Position numbers and translations under genes: made by a program
NCBI GenBank assembly: GCA_965198005.1
Contig: CBDAOI010000004.1
Location: forward strand, 1,440,001 to 1,504,000
Reading direction: 5' to 3'
Length of the DNA: 64,000 bases
From: Spirochaetia bacterium
GTDB lineage: Bacteria; Spirochaetota; Spirochaetia; SZUA-6; Bin103
In this document: piece by piece, positions 29,738 through 41,335 of the stretch
Numbering within the stretch: position 1 is the first letter of the stretch
How the letters are laid out: each line of letters starts with the position of its first letter
Notes under the pieces: generated by a model
Seen by the model: only the letters and a program-made list of their open reading frames with translations
Told to the model about the DNA's origin: nothing
Databases searched by the model: none

Positions 29738-30634
29738 GTGATCGTGCCCCTGACGGGTAGGGCGCGGCTCCGGTGCGGGCTGGCGCGCAGCCTGCTGCTC
29801 GCGCTGGTGGCGCTCGTTGCCGGCTGCGGCGCCGGCGACCGCGAGTCCGAGGCGGCCGCCGTGGCCGGCTTGGTCGAGGGCGCCGGATTCGTGGACGTCG
29901 GCGGGGAAACGTCGCGGTTCAGCGGCGTCGTGCTGGACCATGCGGGGGCCCCCCTGTCCGGTGTTGCGGTGGCGATGTGCGGGAGTGCGTGCTGGCCGGC
30001 GCGGACCGATGGCAACGGCAGGTTCATATTCGAGGAGCTCCCGGTCGAGCGGTACGCGTTGGACGTGCGCGGCGAGTCGGTTGCCGAGCGTCCGCTCACT
30101 TCAGTGGTGTTTCCCGTGGAGCTGGCAGCAGGCGTCCAGGAATTACCCGCGCCGGTAAGGCTGCAGGATGCGGTGCCCGCCACCCGCTGGAACGATACCG
30201 ACGCGATGAGCCTGTCCGGGCTGGTTCTGGTTCCGAGCGCCGGCGTCGATCTGGCCGCCCTGGAGCGGATCGACGAGGCCGCGGCCTCCGGCGGCGCCGA
30301 ACACCGGGTGGCGTTCGGCGGCGCCCGCGTCCCGGCCGGTGCCTGGCCCGCGTATCGCCTGGTCCTGGATGACGTGGCCTACGAGCCGGTTGCGATGTGG
30401 GCGTTGCGCCCGTTCGGTGTGCGCACCGGAGCCCCGGTGGGGATTCGGGTTTCGCACCCGGAGCCGGATGCGCCGCGGGAGCTGGCGTTCTTCACGGTCG
30501 ACCTGGTAACCGGTGTCGCCGAAGCGCTCGGGCGGGCGGTGATCGACGGGTCGATGGTGCGGACTGAGCCGGGCCGCGGCATCGAAACCCTGACCATGAT
30601 CATCCTGGCCGCACGCCGGCACGCGGAGCCTTGA
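29738..30634 (+). CDS. Putative lipoprotein with a carboxypeptidase-regulatory-like beta domain
   Basis: Lipobox VAGC and a SGVVLD..GAPLSGVAV..TDGNGRF pattern. Confidence 0.65.
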   Translation: MIVPLTGRARLRCGLARSLLLALVALVAGCGAGDRESEAAAVAGLVEGAGFVDVGGETSRFSGVVLDHAGAPLSGVAVAMCGSACWPARTDGNGRFIFEELPVERYALDVRGESVAERPLTSVVFPVELAAGVQELPAPVRLQDAVPATRWNDTDAMSLSGLVLVPSAGVDLAALERIDEAAASGGAEHRVAFGGARVPAGAWPAYRLVLDDVAYEPVAMWALRPFGVRTGAPVGIRVSHPEPDAPRELAFFTVDLVTGVAEALGRAVIDGSMVRTEPGRGIETLTMIILAARRHAEP

Positions 30635-30667
30635 GTCCGCCGCCCGGCTGCCGTACACTCGCGCCGC

Positions 30668-31708
30668 ATGAACCTCCATACACGTACCCGCTCGCTGGGC
30701 AGCCTGCTGCCGGTCCCGCTGGTCTTGATCTTCGGGCTCGCCGCGTGCGCCTCCGGCGACCAGCACCCCGATTTTGACGACGGACTGTACGCGGCACTCG
30801 AGACCGACCGAGGCACCATCTACCTGCGGCTCGAATACGAACGGACCCCGCTCACGGTCGCCAACTTCGTGGGCCTCGCCGAGGGCACCCTTGCGTATGA
30901 AAACCGGGACGCCAAACGGTTCTACGACGGCCTCACCTTTCACCGGGTGATCGACGACTTCATGATCCAGGGCGGCGATCCGCTCGGCACCGGCGCCGGC
31001 GGTCCGGGATACCGCTTTCCGGACGAGATCGTGCCGGAGCTCACCCACGACGGGCCGGGAGTACTGTCGATGGCGAACGCCGGCCCCAATACCAATGGCA
31101 GCCAGTTCTTCATTACCCACGTCGCCACGCCGTGGCTCGACGGCAAGCACACCGTGTTCGGGGCGGTGGTCGAGGGGCAGGAGGTGGTCGATGCCGTGCA
31201 ACAGGGCGACGTGATCCGGAACCTCACGATCCTGCGCATCGGCGACGCAGCCAAGGCGTTCCAGGTTGATCAGGCACGGTACGACGACCTGCTGGCACAG
31301 GCACGCAACTCCATCCAACAGTCGGCCGAGGAGGCGCGGGCGGAGACGGAGCGGATCGTAGCCGCCAACTGGCCCGATGCGGTCGAGACTGCTTCCGGCC
31401 TGCGCTACGTGGTCGTGCAGCCGGGCAGCGGGACCCGTTCACCGGTGCGCGGGCAGCGGGTGACCGTCCACTACACGGGCAAGCTGCTGGACGGTTCCAC
31501 GTTCGACAGCTCGGTTGCCCGCGGCGCCCCCGCCGAGTTCATGATCGGACAACTCATCCGCGGCATGAACGAGACGCTGATGGGCATGACCGAGGGCGAG
31601 CAACGGATCGCCATCATCCCGCCCGAGCTCGGCTACGGCGAGCGCGGGCAGGGGCCGATTCCGCCGAACGCGTACCTGGTGTTCGAGCTGGAGTTGATCT
31701 CCTTCTGA
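30668..31708 (+). CDS. Peptidyl-prolyl isomerase, cyclophilin-FKBP fusion lipoprotein
   Basis: Lipobox LAAC. Cyclophilin motifs FHRVI..FMIQGGD and [12 protein letters not shown] motifs [14 protein letters not shown] and PELGYG. Confidence 0.93.
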   Translation: MNLHTRTRSLGSLLPVPLVLIFGLAACASGDQHPDFDDGLYAALETDRGTIYLRLEYERTPLTVANFVGLAEGTLAYENRDAKRFYDGLTFHRVIDDFMIQGGDPLGTGAGGPGYRFPDEIVPELTHDGPGVLSMANAGPNTNGSQFFITHVATPWLDGKHTVFGAVVEGQEVVDAVQQGDVIRNLTILRIGDAAKAFQVDQARYDDLLAQARNSIQQSAEEARAETERIVAANWPDAVETASGLRYVVVQPGSGTRSPVRGQRVTVHYTGKLLDGSTFDSSVARGAPAEFMIGQLIRGMNETLMGMTEGEQRIAIIPPELGYGERGQGPIPPNAYLVFELELISF

Positions 31709-31716
31709 CCGGCACG

Positions 31717-32367
31717 GTGCGGAGCTTGACTGGTGGTGTGGACGTACGCACGGAACTGTCGAAGCAGGCGATCAACGCGCTGCCGCTCGGGGGGTTTCCG
31801 GGGCGTATCCGGGTGGTGGGGTTCGACGACGCGGCCGGCGCGTGCGCGGCGTTGCGGCGCAGCGCGTACCGGGCCGGCCGGCCGGTGCTGGGGTTCGACA
31901 CCGAGTCCAGACCCGCGTTCAGTCGCGGTGAGCGCTATCCCATCGCCCTGGTGCAACTCGCCACGGCGGAGATTGCGGGTCTGTTCCGGCTCGCGCCCGG
32001 TCGGGGTGTGCCTCCGCCGCTGGTCGAGTTGCTGGAGAGCCGGGAAGTGATAAAGGTGGGGCAGGGACCGGCCGACGAATTGAAGGAGTTGCAGGAACGC
32101 TGGGGGGTGCAGGTTCGTTCAGTAATAGACTTGGTGCCGATCGCGAGTGCGGCCGGTTGCCGGCCGCTGAGTTTGCGTGGTCTGGCGGCATCCTACCTGG
32201 GGATCCGGATTGCCAAGGGAGCACAGACCTCCAACTGGGCGGCGGCTCAGCTCAGCGCGCGGCAACAGCGCTACGCCGCCACCGACGCGTGGGCGTGCCG
32301 GGAAATCTACCGCGCCATGGGCTGCCCCGGCAGCGGCGCCGCGAGCCCGGGGACGGGTCAGGGATGA
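31717..32367 (+). CDS. 3'-5' exonuclease (DEDDy, WRN-exo-like); start uncertain
   Basis: LGFDTESRP, LVQLAT, SNW and YAATDAW motifs. Confidence 0.88.
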   Translation: MRSLTGGVDVRTELSKQAINALPLGGFPGRIRVVGFDDAAGACAALRRSAYRAGRPVLGFDTESRPAFSRGERYPIALVQLATAEIAGLFRLAPGRGVPPPLVELLESREVIKVGQGPADELKELQERWGVQVRSVIDLVPIASAAGCRPLSLRGLAASYLGIRIAKGAQTSNWAAAQLSARQQRYAATDAWACREIYRAMGCPGSGAASPGTGQG

Positions 32368-32978
32368 AGCGCGCCGTGCGCCCGGTCGGGATCGCCGCGG
32401 TGGTGATCGCGCTGGCCACCTTGACCTCCTGCCTCAGCGTCGAGTCCCATTTTTCGTTCAAGGCAGACGGCTCCGGCCAGCTTCGTCTGGTCTATCGCAT
32501 CGCGGGTTCGCTGGCCCGGCTCGGTGGCAACGGCAGTACGCAGCTCCCGATCAACGAGGAAGACTTCCGCACCGCGGCCGCGGCGGTGGACGGGGTGGAA
32601 TTGATCGAATACCGGTTTCAGGACACGCACGACCAGATCGAAATCAGTGCGACCTTGCGCTTCGACCAGGTGGAGCGGCTGGCGGACGTGCCCAGCCTGT
32701 CCACCCTCGAGGCACGTCTCCAGGGTGGCGATCCGGCCACCTTCGAACAGCTCATTGCCACCGCCGGCGCGGTGCCGGTGCTCGAGGCCGAGGCGCTCGA
32801 TTTGCTCAGGTCGCTGCTGGCGGGTCACGAGGTCCGGTTCGTGGTGCAGGCCCCCCGGCAGATCCGCCGCCACAGCGACGGCGCCCTGTCCGACGACGGG
32901 CGGGTCGTGGAGCTCTCGATCCCGCTGGTGAACTACATGCTGCTCAACGAACGCCGGACCCTGACCGTCGAGTGGTGA
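32364..32978 (+). CDS. Hypothetical lipoprotein
   Basis: MKR.. signal with lipobox LTSC. ATGA overlap with the exonuclease stop. Confidence 0.7.
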   Translation: MKRAVRPVGIAAVVIALATLTSCLSVESHFSFKADGSGQLRLVYRIAGSLARLGGNGSTQLPINEEDFRTAAAAVDGVELIEYRFQDTHDQIEISATLRFDQVERLADVPSLSTLEARLQGGDPATFEQLIATAGAVPVLEAEALDLLRSLLAGHEVRFVVQAPRQIRRHSDGALSDDGRVVELSIPLVNYMLLNERRTLTVEW

Positions 32979-33239
32979 GGGCGCACCGTTCGTCGGCGTT
33001 CGTCGGTTTCGCGCGTTGACAGATCGGGGACGGGTGACGATATTTACCGCAATCCAAAGAGGAACCTTCGCACCTGCTCGCTTTCGGTCCCCGACGGGGC
33101 CACGGCGCGGCGCCGGATCGCGGGTTCAGGAGATGACCCGTGCTGTGCGGCACCGGGCTTGCCCGGCGGGCAAATGGGCTTCGCCGGGCAACAAACATGA
33201 CGTGCCGTCGGACGGCACCAGCAGGAGATCACAGCGTCC

Positions 33240-33548
33240 ATGGATGTCCTCAAGGATGTGAAGAACGCAGAGGCGGAGGCAGCGCGGATCGAGGCGGAAT
33301 ACCGCGCCCGCGCAGACGACCTGGTGGCCACCTGCGCAGCCGACCTGCAACGCCGGCGGCAGGAACGCACGGCCGCGGTGGAACGGGAGTTGCAGCAGTA
33401 CCGTGACGACCTCCGTCGTAAGCTGGCCGACGACAAACGCGCCGTACAGGAAACCGGCGCCCGCGACCTGGAGCAGCTCGAGTGGCATGCCGCCGCCAAC
33501 CGCGGAGCGGCCGTCGCCGCCGTCCTCTCCAAGCTGAACGCGCGTTAG
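33240..33548 (+). CDS. V/A-type ATPase peripheral stalk subunit G/H
   Basis: 102-aa helical protein (VKNAEAEAARI). First gene of the operon. Confidence 0.75.
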   Translation: MDVLKDVKNAEAEAARIEAEYRARADDLVATCAADLQRRRQERTAAVERELQQYRDDLRRKLADDKRAVQETGARDLEQLEWHAAANRGAAVAAVLSKLNAR

Positions 33549-35569
33549 TGGCGATCGCACAACTCACCAAGGCCGAACTGGTCGTCGCGCGCGATCAGGT
33601 GCCGGCGCTGCTCGGGGCGCTGGAGCGCGCCGCGATGCTGCACGTCGATGACGTGCACGACCAGTTGCCGGAGGAGATCGCCGAGTGGGAGGAGCGGGAG
33701 CCGCCCGACACCGCAGCCGTGGACACGGTCCTGGCGTCAACCCGGTGGATCCTCGATCTGTTTCAGCGCTTCGCTCCCCACAAGACCGGTCTGCTGGAGG
33801 ATTTTTTCGGGTCGCCGCCCTTGGTCGACGAAGCGGAGTTTTCGCGGCTGGTGGATTCGGTCGACGTGGCGGCCTACCGCGCGCAGCTCGAGACGCGATT
33901 GGCCGAGTATGACGAGGTGGTCGGTGAGATCGGCGCGCTGCGGGACCGCGCGGATACCATTGCCCCGTGGCAAGAGCTGGCCGTCGACCTGGCCGCGGTG
34001 GCCCAGGGCAGCTACGCCGCCCTGACCGCAATCCGCTTTCCGACCGCGGCGGCCGAGCAGCTCGGCGAGCTGTTGCGGCACGTCGGCGGTCACCTGCGGC
34101 TTGCGCCGGTAGGTGAACAGGGCAAGCTGTCGTATGCCGTGGTGGCGTCGCTGCCGGCGGACCTCGATCCCGTGCGCGTCGCGCTGCGGCAGGTGCGCGC
34201 CGAAGAGGTGGAGCTGCCGAGGCTGCATACCTCCCCCGCCGCCGCGCTGGGCGCCGCCCGCACCCGGATCGACGAGCTCGAGCGCCGCCGGACCGAATTG
34301 ACGGCGGCGTTCACGGCGGAGGCGCAGCGGCGGCGGCGCGCGGTGCAGGCGATCTCCGACGAGTACGAGGATCGCCGCCGCACCCTGGACGCGCGCAGCC
34401 GCCTGTTCTTCAGCCGGCACGCCGCGGTGGTGGTGGGCTGGGTGGAAGGTGACCGGCAGCACGCACTGCAACAGCTCTTGACTCGGGACCACCCGGACGT
34501 CCGGTTCCGACTGTCGGCGCCGGCGGCCGGCGACCGTCCCCCGGTAAAGCTGAACAACCGAAAGCTGGTGCGGCCGTTTCAGACGCTGATCACCATGTAC
34601 GGCCTCCCCAACTACTTCGGGATCGATCCCACCCCGTTCGTGGCGGTGGCCATGACCGTGTTCTACGCCATCGCCCTCGGCGACTTCGGGTACGGTCTGG
34701 TGCAGATGCTGCTCGCGCTCTGGCTCCGGCGGCGCTTTCAATCGGCCGGCGAGACCCGTCTGTTCCTCACCATGTTCGCGTACATGGGAGTCGCCACGCT
34801 GGTGGTCGGGGTGCTGACCTGGAGTTTCTTCGGCTTCTCGCCGGGGGTGTCGTCGGACCCGGGAGCCAAGTTTCTCGGCGTCCTGCCGCTGATCAACCCC
34901 ACGCGGGACATCATCCCGCTGATCGGATTCGCGGTCGGCGTGGGCATCCTGTTTCAGCTCGCCTCGATCGCCGCCGGCTTCGTCAATCTGCTCAAGCGCG
35001 GCGATCGCGCCGGCGCCTTCTGCGACAACCTGGCGTGGTTCGTGCTGCTGGTCGGCGGTCTGTTGATGGTAGCGGGGCTGGTCACCGGTCAGTCGGCGCT
35101 GACCACCGCGGGCGCGGTCCTCGGCGCCGCCGGCGCGCTGACCATCGTGCTGTTTGCGGGACGCGGCAGCGGCAACGTCGTCGCCCGCATCCTGGCCGGC
35201 GTGGTCTCGCTGTACGGGATCGTCGGCTACTACGGCCTGGTAGGATTCTTCTCCGACACGCTGTCCTACATGCGGCTGGCCATCCTGAACATGACCTCGT
35301 CGTTCATCGCCTTTGTGGCGCAGGTGATCGGCGGCTTGTTTCTCGGCGGCGGCGGCTCGGTCGTGCTGGTGGTGGTGGCGGCGGTGATCGGCGGGGTGAT
35401 ATTCGTGTTCTTTCACGTGCTCAATCTGGTGTTGTCGATGCTGGGTGCATTCGTGCACTCGCTCCGGTTGAATTATCTGGAGTCGTTCCAGCGCTACTAC
35501 CCCGATGGGGGCAGGGCGTTTGCGCCACTGCAGCGCGCCGGCCGCTATTTCAGGCGGTCCGATGCGTAG
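33548..35569 (+). CDS. ntpI: V/A-type ATPase subunit I (a)
   Basis: PPVKLNN, YGLPNY..IDPT, GDFGYG, DTLSYMRL and HSLRLNYLE motifs. Confidence 0.93.
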   Translation: MAIAQLTKAELVVARDQVPALLGALERAAMLHVDDVHDQLPEEIAEWEEREPPDTAAVDTVLASTRWILDLFQRFAPHKTGLLEDFFGSPPLVDEAEFSRLVDSVDVAAYRAQLETRLAEYDEVVGEIGALRDRADTIAPWQELAVDLAAVAQGSYAALTAIRFPTAAAEQLGELLRHVGGHLRLAPVGEQGKLSYAVVASLPADLDPVRVALRQVRAEEVELPRLHTSPAAALGAARTRIDELERRRTELTAAFTAEAQRRRRAVQAISDEYEDRRRTLDARSRLFFSRHAAVVVGWVEGDRQHALQQLLTRDHPDVRFRLSAPAAGDRPPVKLNNRKLVRPFQTLITMYGLPNYFGIDPTPFVAVAMTVFYAIALGDFGYGLVQMLLALWLRRRFQSAGETRLFLTMFAYMGVATLVVGVLTWSFFGFSPGVSSDPGAKFLGVLPLINPTRDIIPLIGFAVGVGILFQLASIAAGFVNLLKRGDRAGAFCDNLAWFVLLVGGLLMVAGLVTGQSALTTAGAVLGAAGALTIVLFAGRGSGNVVARILAGVVSLYGIVGYYGLVGFFSDTLSYMRLAILNMTSSFIAFVAQVIGGLFLGGGGSVVLVVVAAVIGGVIFVFFHVLNLVLSMLGAFVHSLRLNYLESFQRYYPDGGRAFAPLQRAGRYFRRSDA

Positions 35570-35601
35570 CGGAGACGCACTATAGAATGGAGGATAGGTA
35601 G

Positions 35602-36087
35602 ATGATTTCGTTGGGATTCGCCATCGCGCTCCTTGGAGGGGGATTGGCGGCGGGGCTGGCCGCGTACGGCTCGTCGGTGGGCGTCGGTCTGGCCGGAGAG
35701 ATGGCCGGCGGGGTGATCTCGGAGGATCCGGACAAGTTCGGCTCGATGCTGATCCTGCAGGCGTTGCCCGCCACCCAGTCGATTTACGGCTTGGTGGTCG
35801 CGATCCTGGTCCTGGTACGGATCGAGGGGTTCAACGCCGACCTGCGCATGGTGGAGCTGCCGTTGGCCTCGGGCCTGGCGATTTTCGCGGCCTGCGTGCC
35901 GGCCATGTTCGGAGAGCTGATCTCGGCCATCTGGCAGGGCAAGGTGGCGGTGTCGTCCATGGGCGTGGTGGCGAAGAAGCCGGACGCCTTTGGCCGAGCG
36001 GTCATCATGCCGGTGCTGGTCGAGACCTTCGGGCTGTTCGCCCTGATCGCGACCATCATCATCCTGATGGTGGTGATCGAGCTGTAG
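35602..36087 (+). CDS. ntpK: V/A-type ATPase subunit K (double-hairpin c), Na+-type signature
   Basis: LPATQSIYG, SAIWQG and VLVETF motifs. 161 aa. Confidence 0.93.
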   Translation: MISLGFAIALLGGGLAAGLAAYGSSVGVGLAGEMAGGVISEDPDKFGSMLILQALPATQSIYGLVVAILVLVRIEGFNADLRMVELPLASGLAIFAACVPAMFGELISAIWQGKVAVSSMGVVAKKPDAFGRAVIMPVLVETFGLFALIATIIILMVVIEL

Positions 36088-36100
36088 CGCTGGCGGCACC

Positions 36101-36661
36101 ATGGCCGAGAATATCGTCGACCAGATAACGGATGCCGCCCGGCGTACGGGAGAGCAACTCCTCGGTGCGGCGCAGGAGCGGTACGATGCCGACTTCAAGG
36201 CCGGCAGCGCCGCCATTGAGCGGGACGCCGCGGAGGCGCGCCGCCGTGGCCGCCGGCAGGCGGAGGAAGCGATTCAGCGCGAGTTGTCGTCCGCGCGGCT
36301 GGACCAGCGGCGCAAGGCGCACACCTGCAAGCGGCGCCTGCTGGACGAGGTGTACGAGCAGGCGTGGCAGGAGCTTGTGACCGAGGACAACTACCGTGCC
36401 TGGCTGGAGGCGCAACTCGCCAGGCATGCCCGGCGCGGCGACCTGATCATGGTTGCGGCCCGCGAGCGGGAGCGGTTCGCCGGCGACCTGAGCGGGTTGC
36501 TGCAAGCCCACGGAGTGCGGTTGTCCGACGAGGTGGGACGGTTTCGGGCCGGGTTCGTGATCGACCGGGGTGCGACTAGGTTGAACTGCTCGCTCAATGA
36601 GGAGTTCCGGGCGCTGGCGGTGGACACCGAAGTCGAGATCAGCGGAGTGCTGTTTCCGTGA
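36101..36661 (+). CDS. ntpE: V/A-type ATPase subunit E
   Basis: N-terminal coiled coil and a C-terminal GFVI...LNCS..LF pattern. Operon position. Confidence 0.85.
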   Translation: MAENIVDQITDAARRTGEQLLGAAQERYDADFKAGSAAIERDAAEARRRGRRQAEEAIQRELSSARLDQRRKAHTCKRRLLDEVYEQAWQELVTEDNYRAWLEAQLARHARRGDLIMVAARERERFAGDLSGLLQAHGVRLSDEVGRFRAGFVIDRGATRLNCSLNEEFRALAVDTEVEISGVLFP

Positions 36662-37704
36662 CCGAGGCGGACTACAACTACCTGTACGGCCTGATCCGCA
36701 GCCGCGAAGGCGAATTGATCGACGCCGCACGGCTGCGCGCCCTGGTGGGGATGGCCGGGATCGACGAGATCGTGCAGATCTACCCTGAATCGCCGTTTCT
36801 CGATGCCTTTGCCCCCGACCTCGACGAGGCTGCTCTGGAGCGTGCCATCGCGAGCGAGCAGGCCGATCTGCGCTGGCTGATCGACCGCTACGCGCCCGAG
36901 CCGGCGCTGCGGGAGCTGCTGCTGGTGCCGCGCGATCTGTACAACCTCAAGGTGGCGCTGCGCATGGACGCGAAACCGCCGGCGGCGGAGGAGGCGGCCC
37001 TGTATGGTCCCGAGGGCACACGCAGCGTGGCGGCGATTCGTGCCGCCGTGGCCGGGGAAGGCCCGGCGCTGACCTCCGCCGGCGACACCGACCGGGCGAG
37101 CCGGGCGCTGGCGCGGATCCTGGAGCGGGCGCTGGCCGCGTTTCATGCCGCCGGCCGCAGCGGCCAGGTGCTGGAGCTGGCCATCGACCGCCTGAGCCAC
37201 CTGTTTCAGGGCGCTACCGCGGTCGCGGCGTCCCCGGAGGTGGGGTCGGTCTACGCCGACCACGCCGCCATCGCGGCCGGCGAGCTGCTGGCCCGCGGCC
37301 GCGCGGCCGGGCTGCCGTGGGCGGTGGTGCGCTGGGGGCTGCTGGAGCTGCCGGGCCAGGCCGACCTGGAAGAGCTGTACGCCGCGCCGCCGACCGAATG
37401 GGGTAGCCGCCTGGCCGGCTTCAGCGGCGTGCTGCGCGCGTTGCTGGCGCGGGTCGCGGAGGGCGCCGAAACCGGCGCCGCGGTACGCGCCCAGCAGGAG
37501 GCGGTCGACCGGCGCGTCGCCGCGTGGCGGTTCGCTCCCGCGTCGTTCGCGTTCGCGGTCTACTATCTGAGGAAGAAGCGCGCCGATCTGGACACATTGC
37601 GGCTGATCTGTCTGGCCAAGCTCAAGGGCGTGCCCGAGGCTGCCATCGGCGCCCGCGCCGGCGGTCCGTTCATGGGTGTGCCGCAGGCCGCGCTGGCGGC
37701 GTAG
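36658..37704 (+). CDS. ntpK-associated C: V/A-type ATPase subunit C (d)
   Basis: YNYLYGLIRSRE..LI, DLYNLK and YYLRKK..LRLI motifs. Operon position. Confidence 0.8.
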   Translation: MTEADYNYLYGLIRSREGELIDAARLRALVGMAGIDEIVQIYPESPFLDAFAPDLDEAALERAIASEQADLRWLIDRYAPEPALRELLLVPRDLYNLKVALRMDAKPPAAEEAALYGPEGTRSVAAIRAAVAGEGPALTSAGDTDRASRALARILERALAAFHAAGRSGQVLELAIDRLSHLFQGATAVAASPEVGSVYADHAAIAAGELLARGRAAGLPWAVVRWGLLELPGQADLEELYAAPPTEWGSRLAGFSGVLRALLARVAEGAETGAAVRAQQEAVDRRVAAWRFAPASFAFAVYYLRKKRADLDTLRLICLAKLKGVPEAAIGARAGGPFMGVPQAALAA

Positions 37705-37705
37705 C

Positions 37706-38083
37706 ATGGCTGAGAACCGCACCTTTCACATCGCCATGATCGGCGACAGCTCCACGGTGCGCGGCTTCGCGGCCGGCGGCGTCCACGCCTATCCGGCCGC
37801 CGCCAGCGACGCGGCGCTGGCCACCCTGCGCGAGCTGGTGGCCGGCGGCAGGTACGCGATCATCTTCATCACCGAGACGCTGGCGGAGCCGATCGTGGAC
37901 ACCATCAGCCGCCTGCGCACCGGCGCGGTGCCGGCCGTGATCGTGGTCCCCGACCAGTCCGGCGCGCGCGGCATCGGCTTCGAAAAAACCCGTCTGGCGG
38001 TAGAACGCGCCATCGGCATCGACCTCCTCGGCCAGACCCGCCAGCGCCAGGCCGAGGCGGACACCAAGGGCGTGACACCCTGA
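37706..38083 (+). CDS. V/A-type ATPase subunit F
   Basis: IAMIGDSSTVRGF, YAIIFITE and VERAIGID motifs. Confidence 0.9.
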   Translation: MAENRTFHIAMIGDSSTVRGFAAGGVHAYPAAASDAALATLRELVAGGRYAIIFITETLAEPIVDTISRLRTGAVPAVIVVPDQSGARGIGFEKTRLAVERAIGIDLLGQTRQRQAEADTKGVTP

Positions 38084-38107
38084 ACCACAAGGAAGGTGTG
38101 AAAGAGC

Positions 38108-39900
<1,793 letters not shown>

Positions 39901-39901
<1 letters not shown>

Positions 39902-41307
39902 TGATCAAGGAGTACCGCAGTGCGCGCGGCCTGGACGGGCCGCTGATGATCGTGGAAGAGGTGGAGGACGTCACCTACGGCGAGTTGGCGGACGTGGAGC
40001 TGCCGGACGGCTCGGTGCGGCGCGGGCAGGTGCTGGAGGCGGCCGCCGGGCGCGCCCTGGTCCAACTGTTCGAGGCGCCGCAGGGGATCGCCACCAGTCT
40101 GGCCACGGTGCGCTTCACCGGCCAGCGCATGACCGCGCGCGTGTCGCGGGAGATGCTGGGGCGCATCCTCAACGGCATCGGCGAGCCGCTGGACGACGCC
40201 GGCGACGTGATCCCCGAGCAGTTGCGCGACATCAACGGCGCGCCGATCAACCCCTACGCGCGCGACTTCCCGTCGGAGTTCATCCAGACCGGGATCTCCG
40301 CCATCGACGGCAACCTGACCCTGGTGCGCGGCCAGAAGCTGCCGATTTTTTCAGGGTCCGGATTGCCGCACTCGGAACTGGCGGCGCAGATCGCACGGCA
40401 GGCGCGCACCCTGCACGGAGAGGAACCGTTCGCGGTGGTGTTCGCGGCGATGGGCATCACCTTCGAGGAAGCCAACTTCTTCATGGAGGATTTTCGGCGC
40501 ACCGGAGCCATCGAGCGGGCGGTGTTGTTCATCAACCTGGCCGACGACCCGGTGATCGAGCGCATCTCGATTCCGCGCGTGGCGCTGACCACGGCGGAGT
40601 ACCTGGCGTTCGACTGCGACATGCACGTGCTGGTGATCCTCACCGACATGACCAACTACTGCGACGCCCTGCGCGAGATCTCGTCGGCGCGCAAGGAGGT
40701 GCCGGGCCGGCGCGCCTACCCCGGCTACATGTACACCGACCTGTCGCTGATCTACGAGCGGGCGGGGCGGATCAAGGGCAAGAGCGGCTCGATCACCCAG
40801 ATCCCGATTTTGAGCATGCCCGAGGATGACAAGACCCACCCGATCCCGGACCTCACCGGTTACATCACCGAGGGGCAGGTGCTGCTCAGCCGCTCCCTGT
40901 ACCGCAAGGGCGTGGTGCCGCCCATCGACGTGCTGCCGTCGCTGTCGCGGCTCATGCAGAAGGGCATCGGCGAGGGCAGCACCCGCGAGGATCACTCGGG
41001 CGTGGCCAACCAGTTGTTCGCCGCCTACGCCCGCGGCGTCGATGCGCGCGAGCTGGCGGTGGTGCTGGGCGAGGCGGCGCTGACCCCGATCGACCGCCAG
41101 TACGCCACCTTCGCCGAGCAGTTCGAGCAGCGCTACGTGAACCAGGGCTTCCACGAGAACCGCACCATCGAGGACACCCTGACCATCGGCTGGCAACTCC
41201 TGGAGCTGCTGCCGCGCGCGGAGCTGACCCGTATCGACACCGAGCTGCTCGACCAGTACCTGGCCGAGGCCGCTCCGGAGCCCGCCGCCGTGGCTGCGGC
41301 CACGTAG
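39901..41307 (+). CDS. ntpB: V/A-type ATPase subunit B
   Basis: [22 protein letters not shown] and [15 protein letters not shown] motifs. Confidence 0.97.
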
Positions 41308-41335
41308 TAAGGCTCCGCCCCGGGCCTGAGCAAGA

